A stretch of DNA of 63,374 nt, the filler included, from Bacteriovoracaceae bacterium (lineage in GTDB: Bacteria > Bdellovibrionota > Bacteriovoracia > Bacteriovoracales > Bacteriovoracaceae), in the NCBI GenBank assembly GCA_018649885.1. It is 4 parts of 4 records of this genome, joined end to end, with 100 filler letters (N's around TTAATTAATTAA, not from the genome) between each part and the next. Parts side by side here need not be neighbours in the genome. Positions count along the whole stretch, not along the records: positions 38,815 to 53,671 come from JABIHA010000061.1; 3 more parts are not named here. One strand, 5' to 3'. Of this stretch, positions 40,393 to 48,855 are shown one piece after another (the stretch's first letter is position 1; every line of letters begins with the position of its first letter). The position numbers and the translations under genes are program-made. Under the pieces are notes generated by a model, which had not been told where the DNA came from, did no database searches, and worked only from the letters and a program-made list of their open reading frames with translations.

Positions 40393-41319
40393 TTAATCTT
40401 TGTCCATTATGTTATCCCAGCAATCAGAACAAATAGATTCTTCAGTACTACCACTTTTTATTTGCCCACACTTACTACACCAGTCGATTGAATCGTGAGA
40501 ATAGACTTCAGAGCATTCAAAGCAAATATGGCCATCATCATCAAAACCAAGAATTAAAGATTCCGTTCCACACTCTAAACAATTTTCCAGCACTTCATCT
40601 TGACGACCTTTTGCTATGCCATATGAACTAATATGTAATACGTTCGACCTATAACTGTAGGCAAGGGACTCTCCATCTACTTCAGAATGAAAACAAAAAA
40701 GACACGTTCTATTTTCTGTGCATAGAGGGAAAGTTTCATTAAAACATTCGGGGCATTTAAAAATGACATCATACTCATCCAACTTACCCTTAATTTCTAT
40801 AAGTCTTTTTTTCCGATACGAAGCATATGAAATTATTTTTTCTCTTAATTTAGAAATTGAAGTAGAATACTCCGAACCCTCAACCTCTAGCTTATTTGAA
40901 ATAAAACCCAAGGTGAATTTTAAAACTTTATAGGAAAGGCTTCTTAAAGAATTTACGTTGTCTGAAATGGCATAGTGTTCAATATTTTTTCTTTTATCTC
41001 TTAGAACATACAAGATATTTTCAAATTCTTCACTTATCATTTCTTCTTCAAGTTGGTTCAATCTCAAAATACAGTTCTTAAATGCCACTGACTGAAAGTG
41101 ACCAGATACTAACTTTTTTTCATCAGCCTCATCTACATTTTCAAATAATAAACACCAAGACTCATTAGCCAATCGCTCTTTAAAAGCTAGTGATATCCCT
41201 GAGAATAAGTCTCTAATCGCGTATTTTAACCTACGCTCCTCTTTGGACTCCAAGTGCTCTACAGCAGACTGTAAATAATCGAGCCCATTCTCTAATAATG
41301 TAAAAGTTAGTTCACTCAT
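40393..41319 (-). CDS. HEPN-like protein with C-terminal Zn-ribbon repeats
   Basis: Helical LLENGLDYL...LKYAI...LRDKRKNIEHY (Rx4H); several CxxC pairs. Confidence 0.65.
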   Translation of the reverse strand: MSELTFTLLENGLDYLQSAVEHLESKEERRLKYAIRDLFSGISLAFKERLANESWCLLFENVDEADEKKLVSGHFQSVAFKNCILRLNQLEEEMISEEFENILYVLRDKRKNIEHYAISDNVNSLRSLSYKVLKFTLGFISNKLEVEGSEYSTSISKLREKIISYASYRKKRLIEIKGKLDEYDVIFKCPECFNETFPLCTENRTCLFCFHSEVDGESLAYSYRSNVLHISSYGIAKGRQDEVLENCLECGTESLILGFDDDGHICFECSEVYSHDSIDWCSKCGQIKSGSTEESICSDCWDNIMDKD

Positions 41320-41517
41320 GTTTATTTTTATACCTTATTATTTGTAATTTGCGACTCGATTATTACAAGAGTATTCACAAGTACTGATTCCTACTTAGTT
41401 CCAATGAGTTACAAAAAACTAAAAATTTAATTAATTGTTTCTAAGGGCTCGCAATGAAAAAGTTTTTCTATTAGTGGGTGATGCACCACTGTTATGCATA
41501 GTAGCAGTGGTGGAGCC

Positions 41518-42384
41518 CTAGATGGTGCCTAAAATATCTTTCTCCATCAACTTTCGAAGTGTAATTTTCGTACAGTTTGTCTGGGTTCCATCTTCAGCAG
41601 TGATGCTTAACCCTGGTGAAGAAAATTCTTCATCTAGAACTTTGGAAATCCAAGCAAATTGAGAATTTCCATCGTCAAAGGATGATGAGCATATCCCAAT
41701 TAGTCCAAAATCATTGGTCATTACTGGGCCACCGCTATGTCCAGGTTCTGTTTTAGCGTCTGATTCAATTGTTGGAAAAAAGCAAATGCTGTTGCTTTCC
41801 CCATTCGGATGAAGGTCGACGACTTTTCCTTCACTTTTCACCATAGAAGGTGTGAAATGAACAACCTTGATCTTGTTATTTTCATCACATTCTACTTTGA
41901 ACTGATTTGAACTAGCGGGGTAACCAAGTACTGTGATGCCTGCGCCTTTAGCCACGTCCTCTTTGATAGGCAATCGAGGTCCAGGGGGTAAAGGATCAGG
42001 TGAATCATGTATTACATGTATGATAGCAATGTCGTGATGGAAAAAGACATTCACGCTGTGAGCTTTATGAAAGCTAAAAGATTCGAGGTTATTTCTTTTA
42101 AATATCCCTATTCGATTATCTTCTTCTCTAAGGAGAATTCGTCTCTGTAAAATCTCTGGCTTCCTCCTCTCTCCATTTAAACTTTCAAATATAGGAAAAA
42201 GGTGAGCAGCAGTTAAATATATCCCCATTCTGGCAATCTGGGCACATGAACCTATCAGCTCAATAGGAATACCCTGTTCGTTCAACCTAAAAACCGGGTG
42301 AACTAATTCGTAAACGGAGTGCTTGCTACCAGGAATAGTAGAGTTCTTTGTTGGGACAATTGAGTACGTCACATTTTCCACCAA
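41518..42384 (-). CDS. trypsin-like (S1) serine protease
   Basis: LTAAH, HDIAI and PGHSGGP catalytic triad motifs; weak TTG start next to att site 3. Confidence 0.85.
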   Translation of the reverse strand: MVENVTYSIVPTKNSTIPGSKHSVYELVHPVFRLNEQGIPIELIGSCAQIARMGIYLTAAHLFPIFESLNGERRKPEILQRRILLREEDNRIGIFKRNNLESFSFHKAHSVNVFFHHDIAIIHVIHDSPDPLPPGPRLPIKEDVAKGAGITVLGYPASSNQFKVECDENNKIKVVHFTPSMVKSEGKVVDLHPNGESNSICFFPTIESDAKTEPGHSGGPVMTNDFGLIGICSSSFDDGNSQFAWISKVLDEEFSSPGLSITAEDGTQTNCTKITLRKLMEKDILGTI

Positions 42385-42393
42385 GTTTTCACT

Positions 42394-42463
42394 GAGGTGG
42401 TGATTGTATTTTAACTGTCTGATTTTGTTCAGTTAATTTTTAGAAAGAATACAAATGACTACA
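42394..42463. repeat. att-like site 3 (degenerate core; integrase-proximal end)
   Basis: GAGGTGGTG core; AATAC/ACTAC at 42448/42458, within 1 nt of the spacing at sites 1 and 2. Confidence 0.65.
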
Positions 42464-42505
42464 CGATGTTTCTTACTCTAGTAATTTGAATACTTTACAC
42501 ATTTC

Positions 42506-43594
42506 TTACAGTTTAAAACTTAGAAGACTTGCTGCGGTAGTTGAAGGGTCGTGGAGCTTTAAGCAATCAGAAATCCCAGAAATACTCACCCCTGACTTTC
42601 TCACATATATTTGAAGGGTCTTAAGATCTTTCCAACCTCCGGCCATCATCACCTTTATAGGCGCTATCCCTTTTGAAAGCATTATGGTCGCCCAGGTGGC
42701 TCTTAAATCGTGAAATCTAACCCTAGGAAGTCCTACGCCCTCTAAAAACCTTCTCAACTCACGTGCCTGCTCTCCCCTATCCCACTTATCAATTCGGGGA
42801 AGAACAAAATTAGAATCAGAGTTTTTAATTTTCAATTCTCTAAGAACACAGATTAAGTTAGGGGCGATCTCAACTATCCGGTCATCCCCGCTTTTAGTAT
42901 CTTTGTAACCGTCTTGTTTGCTCCATGAAGAATCAACCTTTATACGGCGGCTTTCTAAATCAACCTTGTCCCAAGTGAGAGCGTATAACTCTCCATTTCT
43001 CATACCCGTATAAAGTGCCATCGCCCAAACTGGATACCACTCAATATCGACAAGTTTTGCCTGCGTTAATAGTGTCCTAACCTGAGATTCTGTTAATGCA
43101 GACTTGATCTTGTCGCCTATCTTAAATTTCATCTTTGGTGTTGGGTTTCGATCAATATAACCAGCCTCAAGGGCGTATTCAAAAGCACTTCTAATGTATT
43201 TTAGAACATTTTTTTGATGGCTTGCTGATCTATTTCCAACTTTTATGGGTATCAGCTCTCTAATTTCTTTTGACGTTATGGAATCAATTAACCTATTACC
43301 CCAATCATTAAAGGTATGAGCCCTTAAACCAAGCCAATAGCTTTCAATGGTTTTTTTTGAAATATCTCTTTGCCCAAGAGCTTCAATGTACTCTTTAACA
43401 AGAGTGGACCAATTTGGGACAACAGTTTCTTTGAACTTCTTGTGCACTTCAACGATGAGACTCGCGTAAACTTGATTGGCCTCTGTTTTTGTTTTTATTG
43501 CCTTACGCCTAAGCGAATAGGGTTTCCTTGTTACAGGGTGCCTCTTACTAAAAGAAACGCTATAAGTTTTAGTCGCTTTCTCGAATTTGATCAT
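42506..43594 (-). CDS. tyrosine recombinase/integrase
   Basis: TGMRNGE (R), TKSG (K), HDLR, GGW (W in place of His), IYVR (Y); N-terminal arm-binding-like region. Confidence 0.95.
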   Translation of the reverse strand: MIKFEKATKTYSVSFSKRHPVTRKPYSLRRKAIKTKTEANQVYASLIVEVHKKFKETVVPNWSTLVKEYIEALGQRDISKKTIESYWLGLRAHTFNDWGNRLIDSITSKEIRELIPIKVGNRSASHQKNVLKYIRSAFEYALEAGYIDRNPTPKMKFKIGDKIKSALTESQVRTLLTQAKLVDIEWYPVWAMALYTGMRNGELYALTWDKVDLESRRIKVDSSWSKQDGYKDTKSGDDRIVEIAPNLICVLRELKIKNSDSNFVLPRIDKWDRGEQARELRRFLEGVGLPRVRFHDLRATWATIMLSKGIAPIKVMMAGGWKDLKTLQIYVRKSGVSISGISDCLKLHDPSTTAASLLSFKL

Positions 43595-43598
43595 CTTA

Positions 43599-43814
43599 TT
43601 AACCTCTAGGCTCTGCCATCAATAGCTTTCTCAAGTCATCAATACGGTAGCGATTACTTCTAAAGAACTTCATATATGGGAGCCGACCGGAACTTGTTAA
43701 GTTGTATAGCCTAAACTTTGAAATACTCAAGTAATTAGCTGCTTCATCAGAATTGAGAAATTCTTTCTCAAACACTCCCGCATCTTTCTCTCTACCTTCT
43801 ACTTTTTTTTTCAT
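43599..43814 (-). CDS. excisionase-like HTH protein
   Basis: FLNSDEAANYLSISKFRLYNL..GRLPY.K....RYRIDDL; immediately upstream of int. Confidence 0.88.
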   Translation of the reverse strand: MKKKVEGREKDAGVFEKEFLNSDEAANYLSISKFRLYNLTSSGRLPYMKFFRSNRYRIDDLRKLLMAEPRG

Positions 43815-43824
43815 GATTTTCCTA

Positions 43825-44439
43825 CTAGCCTTTGAGCACTTTTCGGCATTGATTTAACAGGTTTCCATTTTCTGCATCAAACAATTCTAGTATCTGCTCG
43901 TGCTTGTAATGAGAGAGTAAAGTTATAATATATACATCTCTAAGCAGTCTCTTTCTTGGCCTAAATGATAGAGTTTCCAGCGTAGGAATTTGAGAAATCA
44001 TCCTACGTGTACCTTCCAAATTGATATCATTATTTTCAATAGTTAGTAGCGCGATATCGAGTTTATGAAGTTGACGATACTTAGAATTATCTTTTTTCAT
44101 TTTAAATTCTGTATTGTGAATCTCTCCATCAATTTCAATTGCCAGCCCCTTAAAAACTCTTGGAGACCAAAAATGATCAGCATTATTTACCTCTGGAGCT
44201 TCACCCTTAACGCCAGGAATGAAAATATCAACGTTCCGGTTTCCGATCCAAAAAGAGGTCAAGATTTCACCTGAGTAGTGCTTTCGAATCTCTTTAACAA
44301 TTTTTGCCTCGTGTCTTGTTTGCGTTCTCTCGTATAACTTATACAGCTCCAAGCGCAACATATCGTAAGCAAACTCTAATTCCTGGAATGATACCTTTTC
44401 CTCAACATTTCTAAATAACGACCCTTTCATGGCATGCAT
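43825..44439 (-). CDS. DUF559/Vsr-like endonuclease-domain protein
   Basis: IGNRNVDIF...LAIEIDGEIH...KD....L.KL.I.LL.I.N.D pattern. Confidence 0.75.
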   Translation of the reverse strand: MHAMKGSLFRNVEEKVSFQELEFAYDMLRLELYKLYERTQTRHEAKIVKEIRKHYSGEILTSFWIGNRNVDIFIPGVKGEAPEVNNADHFWSPRVFKGLAIEIDGEIHNTEFKMKKDNSKYRQLHKLDIALLTIENNDINLEGTRRMISQIPTLETLSFRPRKRLLRDVYIITLLSHYKHEQILELFDAENGNLLNQCRKVLKG

Positions 44440-44658
44440 GATTCCTCCTTGGTACTAAAGACCCTGGTTACATTTATTTGTAACTTGTTTAATTCGATAT
44501 ATTTCAAAGGTTTATAAACTTACCTTCAAAACTTTGAGCACTTATTCACTTAGAGACATCTTTGTGCTATTAGTGCCGTAAGTACTTTTTAAACATAATG
44601 CTTGAAGTGTCGTCTGTGGAGTCGGATGAGTTGCCGATTAATTACTGGGAGCGTTATT

Positions 44659-45327
44659 ATGTTAAATGAAAGTCAGATCCAATTTCTAAAAGATGCCATT
44701 AAAATTGAAGCACAGAGGGGCTACTTTCTCCACAATGAATGCAAGAACTATAAAGCAAGAGTGGAAGATGGTAATTTTTGGGAATTCGCAACTTTTCATG
44801 GCGACTTATCAAGGAAGCCAATAAAGCTAGCCCTAACTATAATAGCTGCAATTGAAGCCTCCCAAGGCTCTGTTGTAAACATGGAGTGGTTAAGACTATT
44901 TTTTCAAGAAAAAGGTGAATTTAACAAATTTTTAAATGAGAATATGCTAAATACCTTTTACCGGCCCGAGAGTGCTCCCAAATACACCCCTGATGATAAT
45001 CTTTGGAGTAGAAGATTAAAAAATGATTTGTGGCGCTCAGTATTGAGTCCCCCACTAAAAGGGATTGTTAAAAACACTTCAGGTTCAAAAAATTCTCAAA
45101 AAAAACAATTCCATATTGAAAGTTATATAAGCCCACTTCTCAAGTGTGTTGAAGCAGCGAAATCAGGTGACTCAATGAGGGTTCACCTACAACTATTGGA
45201 AGATGAGCAAAATAATAATGGAATTTCATATGCCGACGCTGAATTTTTCAAAAAAAAACATCCAGACTATTTTAATACAGAGCTAAAAAACATAAAGGTT
45301 CACAAGCTATCAACTGAATTGAATTAG
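44659..45327 (+). CDS. hypothetical protein (island)
   Basis: GGGAG RBS, ATG 44659; no recognised motif. Confidence 0.65.
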   Translation: MLNESQIQFLKDAIKIEAQRGYFLHNECKNYKARVEDGNFWEFATFHGDLSRKPIKLALTIIAAIEASQGSVVNMEWLRLFFQEKGEFNKFLNENMLNTFYRPESAPKYTPDDNLWSRRLKNDLWRSVLSPPLKGIVKNTSGSKNSQKKQFHIESYISPLLKCVEAAKSGDSMRVHLQLLEDEQNNNGISYADAEFFKKKHPDYFNTELKNIKVHKLSTELN

Positions 45328-45334
45328 ATTGATA

Positions 45335-46273
45335 TTAAGCAGCCTTTTTTTCTTCACCTGTACTTGATCCTTCTGGATTATCTTGATCTTTGGCAACAGT
45401 TGACTCGCTTGTATTGGTGACTGGCAATTGTAGGATCGTTGCTCCCTCACCTTCAGTGCTATCACACTCATCACTGGAGTTTGATTTAGAAGTATCACTG
45501 CTCTTGGGTGCTTTAGACTTTTTAGCTGGTTTTTCATTTATCTTTTTAAGTAATTTTTTATTTACTGTATCAACTGAAGATTTCACAATCTGATTTTCAA
45601 TAATTTCTTTAACCATGTCTTCACTTATTTTAAGGCCTGATAGGGTTGAAAGTTCTTTGGTTACTAATTTGATTACTTTATCACTCAGTATTACAGCTAC
45701 TACATCTTCAACTTTTGTAGCTTTCACCTGCTCAGATACCGATTTCCAATCATTATTTAAATATGATGCTTTTGAGAATAAGTAAAATTCTTCAGCTAGT
45801 GACTCAGGGCTATTGTTTGTACCAAAGTCAACCTCATGAATAAGGTTTGCCGTAGGCTCTTTTTTTGATCTCTTAACCATGTAAAGTCGCCATTTCACAG
45901 CATTTGTTAACATGAAAAAATCCATTCCCTTTGTTAGGCAGTAAGACATGGTTTGATCTATGTGATGCTGGTTTAACTCTATATGAGCAGCTTTTGCCTC
46001 GATAACAAAATCAAACTTATCTTTTTTCTTTGAATTAGGACCTTCCATGAGCTTAACAACGTAATCATACCTACTGTTCTTCTCTCTCATTTCAGTTTTA
46101 AGTTCATTATATTTATCGTAACCAAGTACATAAGAAAGTATGTCATTTAAGAGAATTCTTGCATCGTCTTCAGAAGAAGACTTCCCTTTTGCCTGCAAAT
46201 TATGAATCAATGGCATGAATCTTTTCAATTCTTGAGTTATCATTTTTTTATGCTTTGATGGCACCTTATACAT
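45335..46273 (-). CDS. stand-alone HsdR N-terminal-like PD-(D/E)xK nuclease-domain protein
   Basis: SEDDAR...LGYD...E...DY...VIEAKA...Q..SY...FMLTNAVKWRLY; no helicase domain; disordered tail. Confidence 0.8.
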   Translation of the reverse strand: MYKVPSKHKKMITQELKRFMPLIHNLQAKGKSSSEDDARILLNDILSYVLGYDKYNELKTEMREKNSRYDYVVKLMEGPNSKKKDKFDFVIEAKAAHIELNQHHIDQTMSYCLTKGMDFFMLTNAVKWRLYMVKRSKKEPTANLIHEVDFGTNNSPESLAEEFYLFSKASYLNNDWKSVSEQVKATKVEDVVAVILSDKVIKLVTKELSTLSGLKISEDMVKEIIENQIVKSSVDTVNKKLLKKINEKPAKKSKAPKSSDTSKSNSSDECDSTEGEGATILQLPVTNTSESTVAKDQDNPEGSSTGEEKKAA

Positions 46274-46309
46274 AACATTCCCCTATTATTTAAGCTTTTG
46301 TTCACACTC

Positions 46310-46337
46310 GTATCGTCAAAAATGTGTGCTCAACTTA
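46310..46337 (-). promoter_or_regulatory. putative sigma28/FliA-type promoter
   Basis: TAAG-N16-GACGATAC, 36 nt upstream of ATG 46273. Confidence 0.4.
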
Positions 46338-46471
46338 ATTTGTTTCACTAAACGGATTTGTCCTATTTTAAACAAAGCTCATATATTTTGGTGTTTCCAA
46401 ATCATTAGTATTTTCAACCTTGTTAAGCATCCGGAAACTCCACGTGATTCCAGTATTATTCAACGGTTTAT

Positions 46472-47044
46472 TCAACCGTAAAATTTGAGGGTTTTGGAAA
46501 CGGCTGATTTTGTCACCCCAATCCTCTTTGCAATCTGGGAAAGGCTTAATCCTTCAGATCTCAGCCTTATTACCTGGTCAGCATCAATAACCTTTGGCCT
46601 TCCTAGCTTCTTTCCATTGGCCTTTGCATTATTTAGTCCCGCTATGACCCTTTCTCTAATCAATGAGGCCTCAAACTCCGCAAAACTCGCTAGAATATGG
46701 GCCATTAGCCTGCCACTGGCGGTAGTTAGATCTATATTGTCCTTTAAAGAAATAAACTCGATATTGAGATCTGATAGCTCCTGTAGAGTACCAACCATCC
46801 CCTTTAAAGATCTAAAGAGCCTGTCCATCTTCCAACAGATCAAGACATCAAATGCTCTCTGTTTAGCGTCGCTCATAAGCAATCTAAACTCTGCTCTATT
46901 CCCATTGAGCCCAGTTGCCTTATCTTGATAAATGCGGGTTATTTGCCATCCTCTCGCCTTAGAAAAGGCTTCTAAGTCTCTTCTTTGCATTTCGCAAGAT
47001 TGGTCTTCTGTAGAAACTCTGAGGTAAATAGCGACTCTTTTCAT
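46472..47044 (-). CDS. serine resolvase/invertase with C-terminal HTH
   Basis: IYLRVSTEDQ, DRLFRS, AEFE...IRERV..G...A...G..LGRP. Confidence 0.95.
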   Translation of the reverse strand: MKRVAIYLRVSTEDQSCEMQRRDLEAFSKARGWQITRIYQDKATGLNGNRAEFRLLMSDAKQRAFDVLICWKMDRLFRSLKGMVGTLQELSDLNIEFISLKDNIDLTTASGRLMAHILASFAEFEASLIRERVIAGLNNAKANGKKLGRPKVIDADQVIRLRSEGLSLSQIAKRIGVTKSAVSKTLKFYG

Positions 47045-47063
47045 AGACAGAGTATAATGCATC

Positions 47064-47104
47064 GCAATAAATTGTCAAGCAATATATTGTCTTGCAATAA
47101 TTCC
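47064..47104. promoter_or_regulatory. three 15-bp-period direct repeats (GCAATAWATTGTC) between divergent genes
   Basis: Starts at 47064, 47079 and 47094 (third partial). Confidence 0.55.
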
Positions 47105-47125
47105 AACAAAGTTTATTATGTGGTT

Positions 47126-47344
47126 ATGAGAAGAAAGAAGGCCCCTGGGGATTACCCACAATTTTCATTTAGAGTCTCTCCCGATGATAAAGAAGAGCTT
47201 ATGGACAAAGCTAATGACCTCTACCAAAAATTTAATTCAAGCCTTAAAGATGACCAAAGAGTGTACAAGAAAAATGAGATATTAATAGCTGCGTTAAAAA
47301 TTGGATTGAAGCAAATAAAAAAGGCAGACATAGATGACTCATGA
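47126..47344 (+). CDS. ribbon-helix-helix-like DNA-binding protein
   Basis: PQFSFRV strand followed by helices (KNEILIAALKIGL). Confidence 0.65.
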   Translation: MRRKKAPGDYPQFSFRVSPDDKEELMDKANDLYQKFNSSLKDDQRVYKKNEILIAALKIGLKQIKKADIDDS

Positions 47345-48164
47345 GATTCAATTGATTATCAAAGAGATTCAGGATCAAGAGAAGATAAGGGATTCAGCAA
47401 TAAATGTAGTTGGTGGTATTGCTTCTTCAGTCGCTCTATTTACAGATTTATTTGCTACTGGTGGATTCTTATCATTGCTATCTCCAATTGTAGGTGAAGC
47501 CACAAAAAACCTAATACGAGGGCAATTCATTGAGAACAAGACACCTAACAGGAGAACCAAGTTAATAGCATCCCTGAAGCATGCACTAATACAGATTGAT
47601 GATATGCAAAAAAATGGAATTAGCTTTAGAAACGATGGAGAGCTTACTGGAATTTGGTCAGGTAGAACATCAATTGAGGAAATCCTTGAAGATTTTTTTA
47701 AATTCAGCATTAATGAGTCTGAAGCCAAAAAGCTAAAATTTTACTCTAATCTCTTTACTAGTGCAGTATTCGAGAATGGCTTCTCAAAACAAGAGTTTCA
47801 TCATTTAATAAAAACACTTGATACACTAACCTATAAACAGCTGGTGCTTATTAATATCGCATATAAAAAATCTCAGGGTCCTTATCAAACCCTGCTTAAA
47901 GCAGATCACAGTCAGTTTGAAGCCACTCCAGAAAAACTCCCGCCTGAACTACTTTGCACACTTCAGGAAATATTAAATTTATTTCAATTGGGATTTGTTG
48001 GAGAAAGAAATACTGGGGGAACATTTTTAAGTTTACCTGATGCATTTGCAGTGACACCAGATCAGTTAATTATTTATGGCCAAGGAAAAAGGCTCTACGA
48101 ACTCTGTAAATTAGATCAAATTGAAGATGCAGATGTGCAGTATGTTGCTGATCTACTGTCCTAA
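47334..48164 (+). CDS. hypothetical protein, possibly Abi-alpha/DUF4393-like
   Basis: ESEAKKLKFYSNLF...HLIKTLDTLTYKQL pattern; family call tentative. Confidence 0.6.
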   Translation: MTHEIQLIIKEIQDQEKIRDSAINVVGGIASSVALFTDLFATGGFLSLLSPIVGEATKNLIRGQFIENKTPNRRTKLIASLKHALIQIDDMQKNGISFRNDGELTGIWSGRTSIEEILEDFFKFSINESEAKKLKFYSNLFTSAVFENGFSKQEFHHLIKTLDTLTYKQLVLINIAYKKSQGPYQTLLKADHSQFEATPEKLPPELLCTLQEILNLFQLGFVGERNTGGTFLSLPDAFAVTPDQLIIYGQGKRLYELCKLDQIEDADVQYVADLLS

Positions 48165-48198
48165 AGATTGTTTTTTATAATGACTCAATTGCCTCAAA

Positions 48199-48549
48199 TC
48201 AAATATCGTACTTTTGAACAAAATTAATTTCTATTGGTTTATTTGTAGCTGATAGATCATTTTGTGGCTTCTCTGACCAGCCTGCCCTGCACTTAAGCCA
48301 GAACATAGTCATTGCAGGATAGTCTCCAGACATGGCCATTTCAAAGGCTTTGGATGCCACTTCAGTAACTCCATAAGATCGCCCTTTCTCAAGCGCTAGC
48401 TTTAATTCTTCTGATTCAGCGATTCTTCTATCAAGAGTTGATTTTGAAATCCCAAGTGAGCCTGCAATGCTCCCTACGGACAAACCTTTTGCTGCTAATT
48501 GCTCAACTTTTTGAATCTCTTGAGCAGTTAATTCGATTTTATCTCTCAT
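48199..48549 (-). CDS. phage terminase small-subunit-like HTH protein
   Basis: N-terminal HTH (IAGSLGISKSTL), ALEKGR, A.SGD..AM.FWLK.RAGW.E and a C-terminal beta-strand (IEINF). Confidence 0.65.
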   Translation of the reverse strand: MRDKIELTAQEIQKVEQLAAKGLSVGSIAGSLGISKSTLDRRIAESEELKLALEKGRSYGVTEVASKAFEMAMSGDYPAMTMFWLKCRAGWSEKPQNDLSATNKPIEINFVQKYDI

Positions 48550-48678
48550 AGTACCATTATAAGCTCATTTGGGTCTCTTTGTGGAGTTTCAAATTACATT
48601 AGCGAGAGTGCTTTTGTAGTTAACGTCATCTTTCAAAAAGGCTTCCTACAAATGCTTTGAACAATCACATGCCTATTT

Positions 48679-48718
48679 GTAGTCACTTTTTTAGCGGTAA
48701 CTACGGCCGAGTACTACA
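48679..48718. repeat. ACTAC arm-type motifs at the tmRNA-proximal end
   Basis: GTAGT at 48679, ACTACGG at 48700, ACTACA at 48713. Confidence 0.55.
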
Positions 48719-48815
48719 ATTGACATCAACTGGGGTTATTTCAGGTGATTTCCAGTGATGTCGTGGTGTGAACTAATCGTGTTGAAAAAATCTATGTCAT
48801 TGAAAAAGTTGAAAT

Positions 48816-48840
48816 AAAAAAAGCTCCTGCGGTGGAGCTT
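48816..48840 (-). terminator. rho-independent terminator downstream of tmRNA
   Basis: Minus strand AAGCTCC-ACCGCA-GGAGCTT followed by a T-tract. Confidence 0.75.
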
Positions 48841-48855
48841 AATTTAGTTTTTCTG

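Noticed and set aside
41507..41515. Fourth att copy (GTGGTGGAG) at the protease stop
   Set aside because: Only 9 bp and no ACTAC doublet at +60/+70; may be chance, though its position between the two cargo genes is suggestive.
39541..43594. Classical integron (IntI/attC)
   Set aside because: The integrase is phage-type with an excisionase and no evident IntI-specific insertion; the sites are tmRNA-derived direct repeats, not attC hairpins.
45335..46273. Type I restriction-modification system
   Set aside because: Only an HsdR N-terminal-like nuclease domain; no helicase, hsdM or hsdS in the window.
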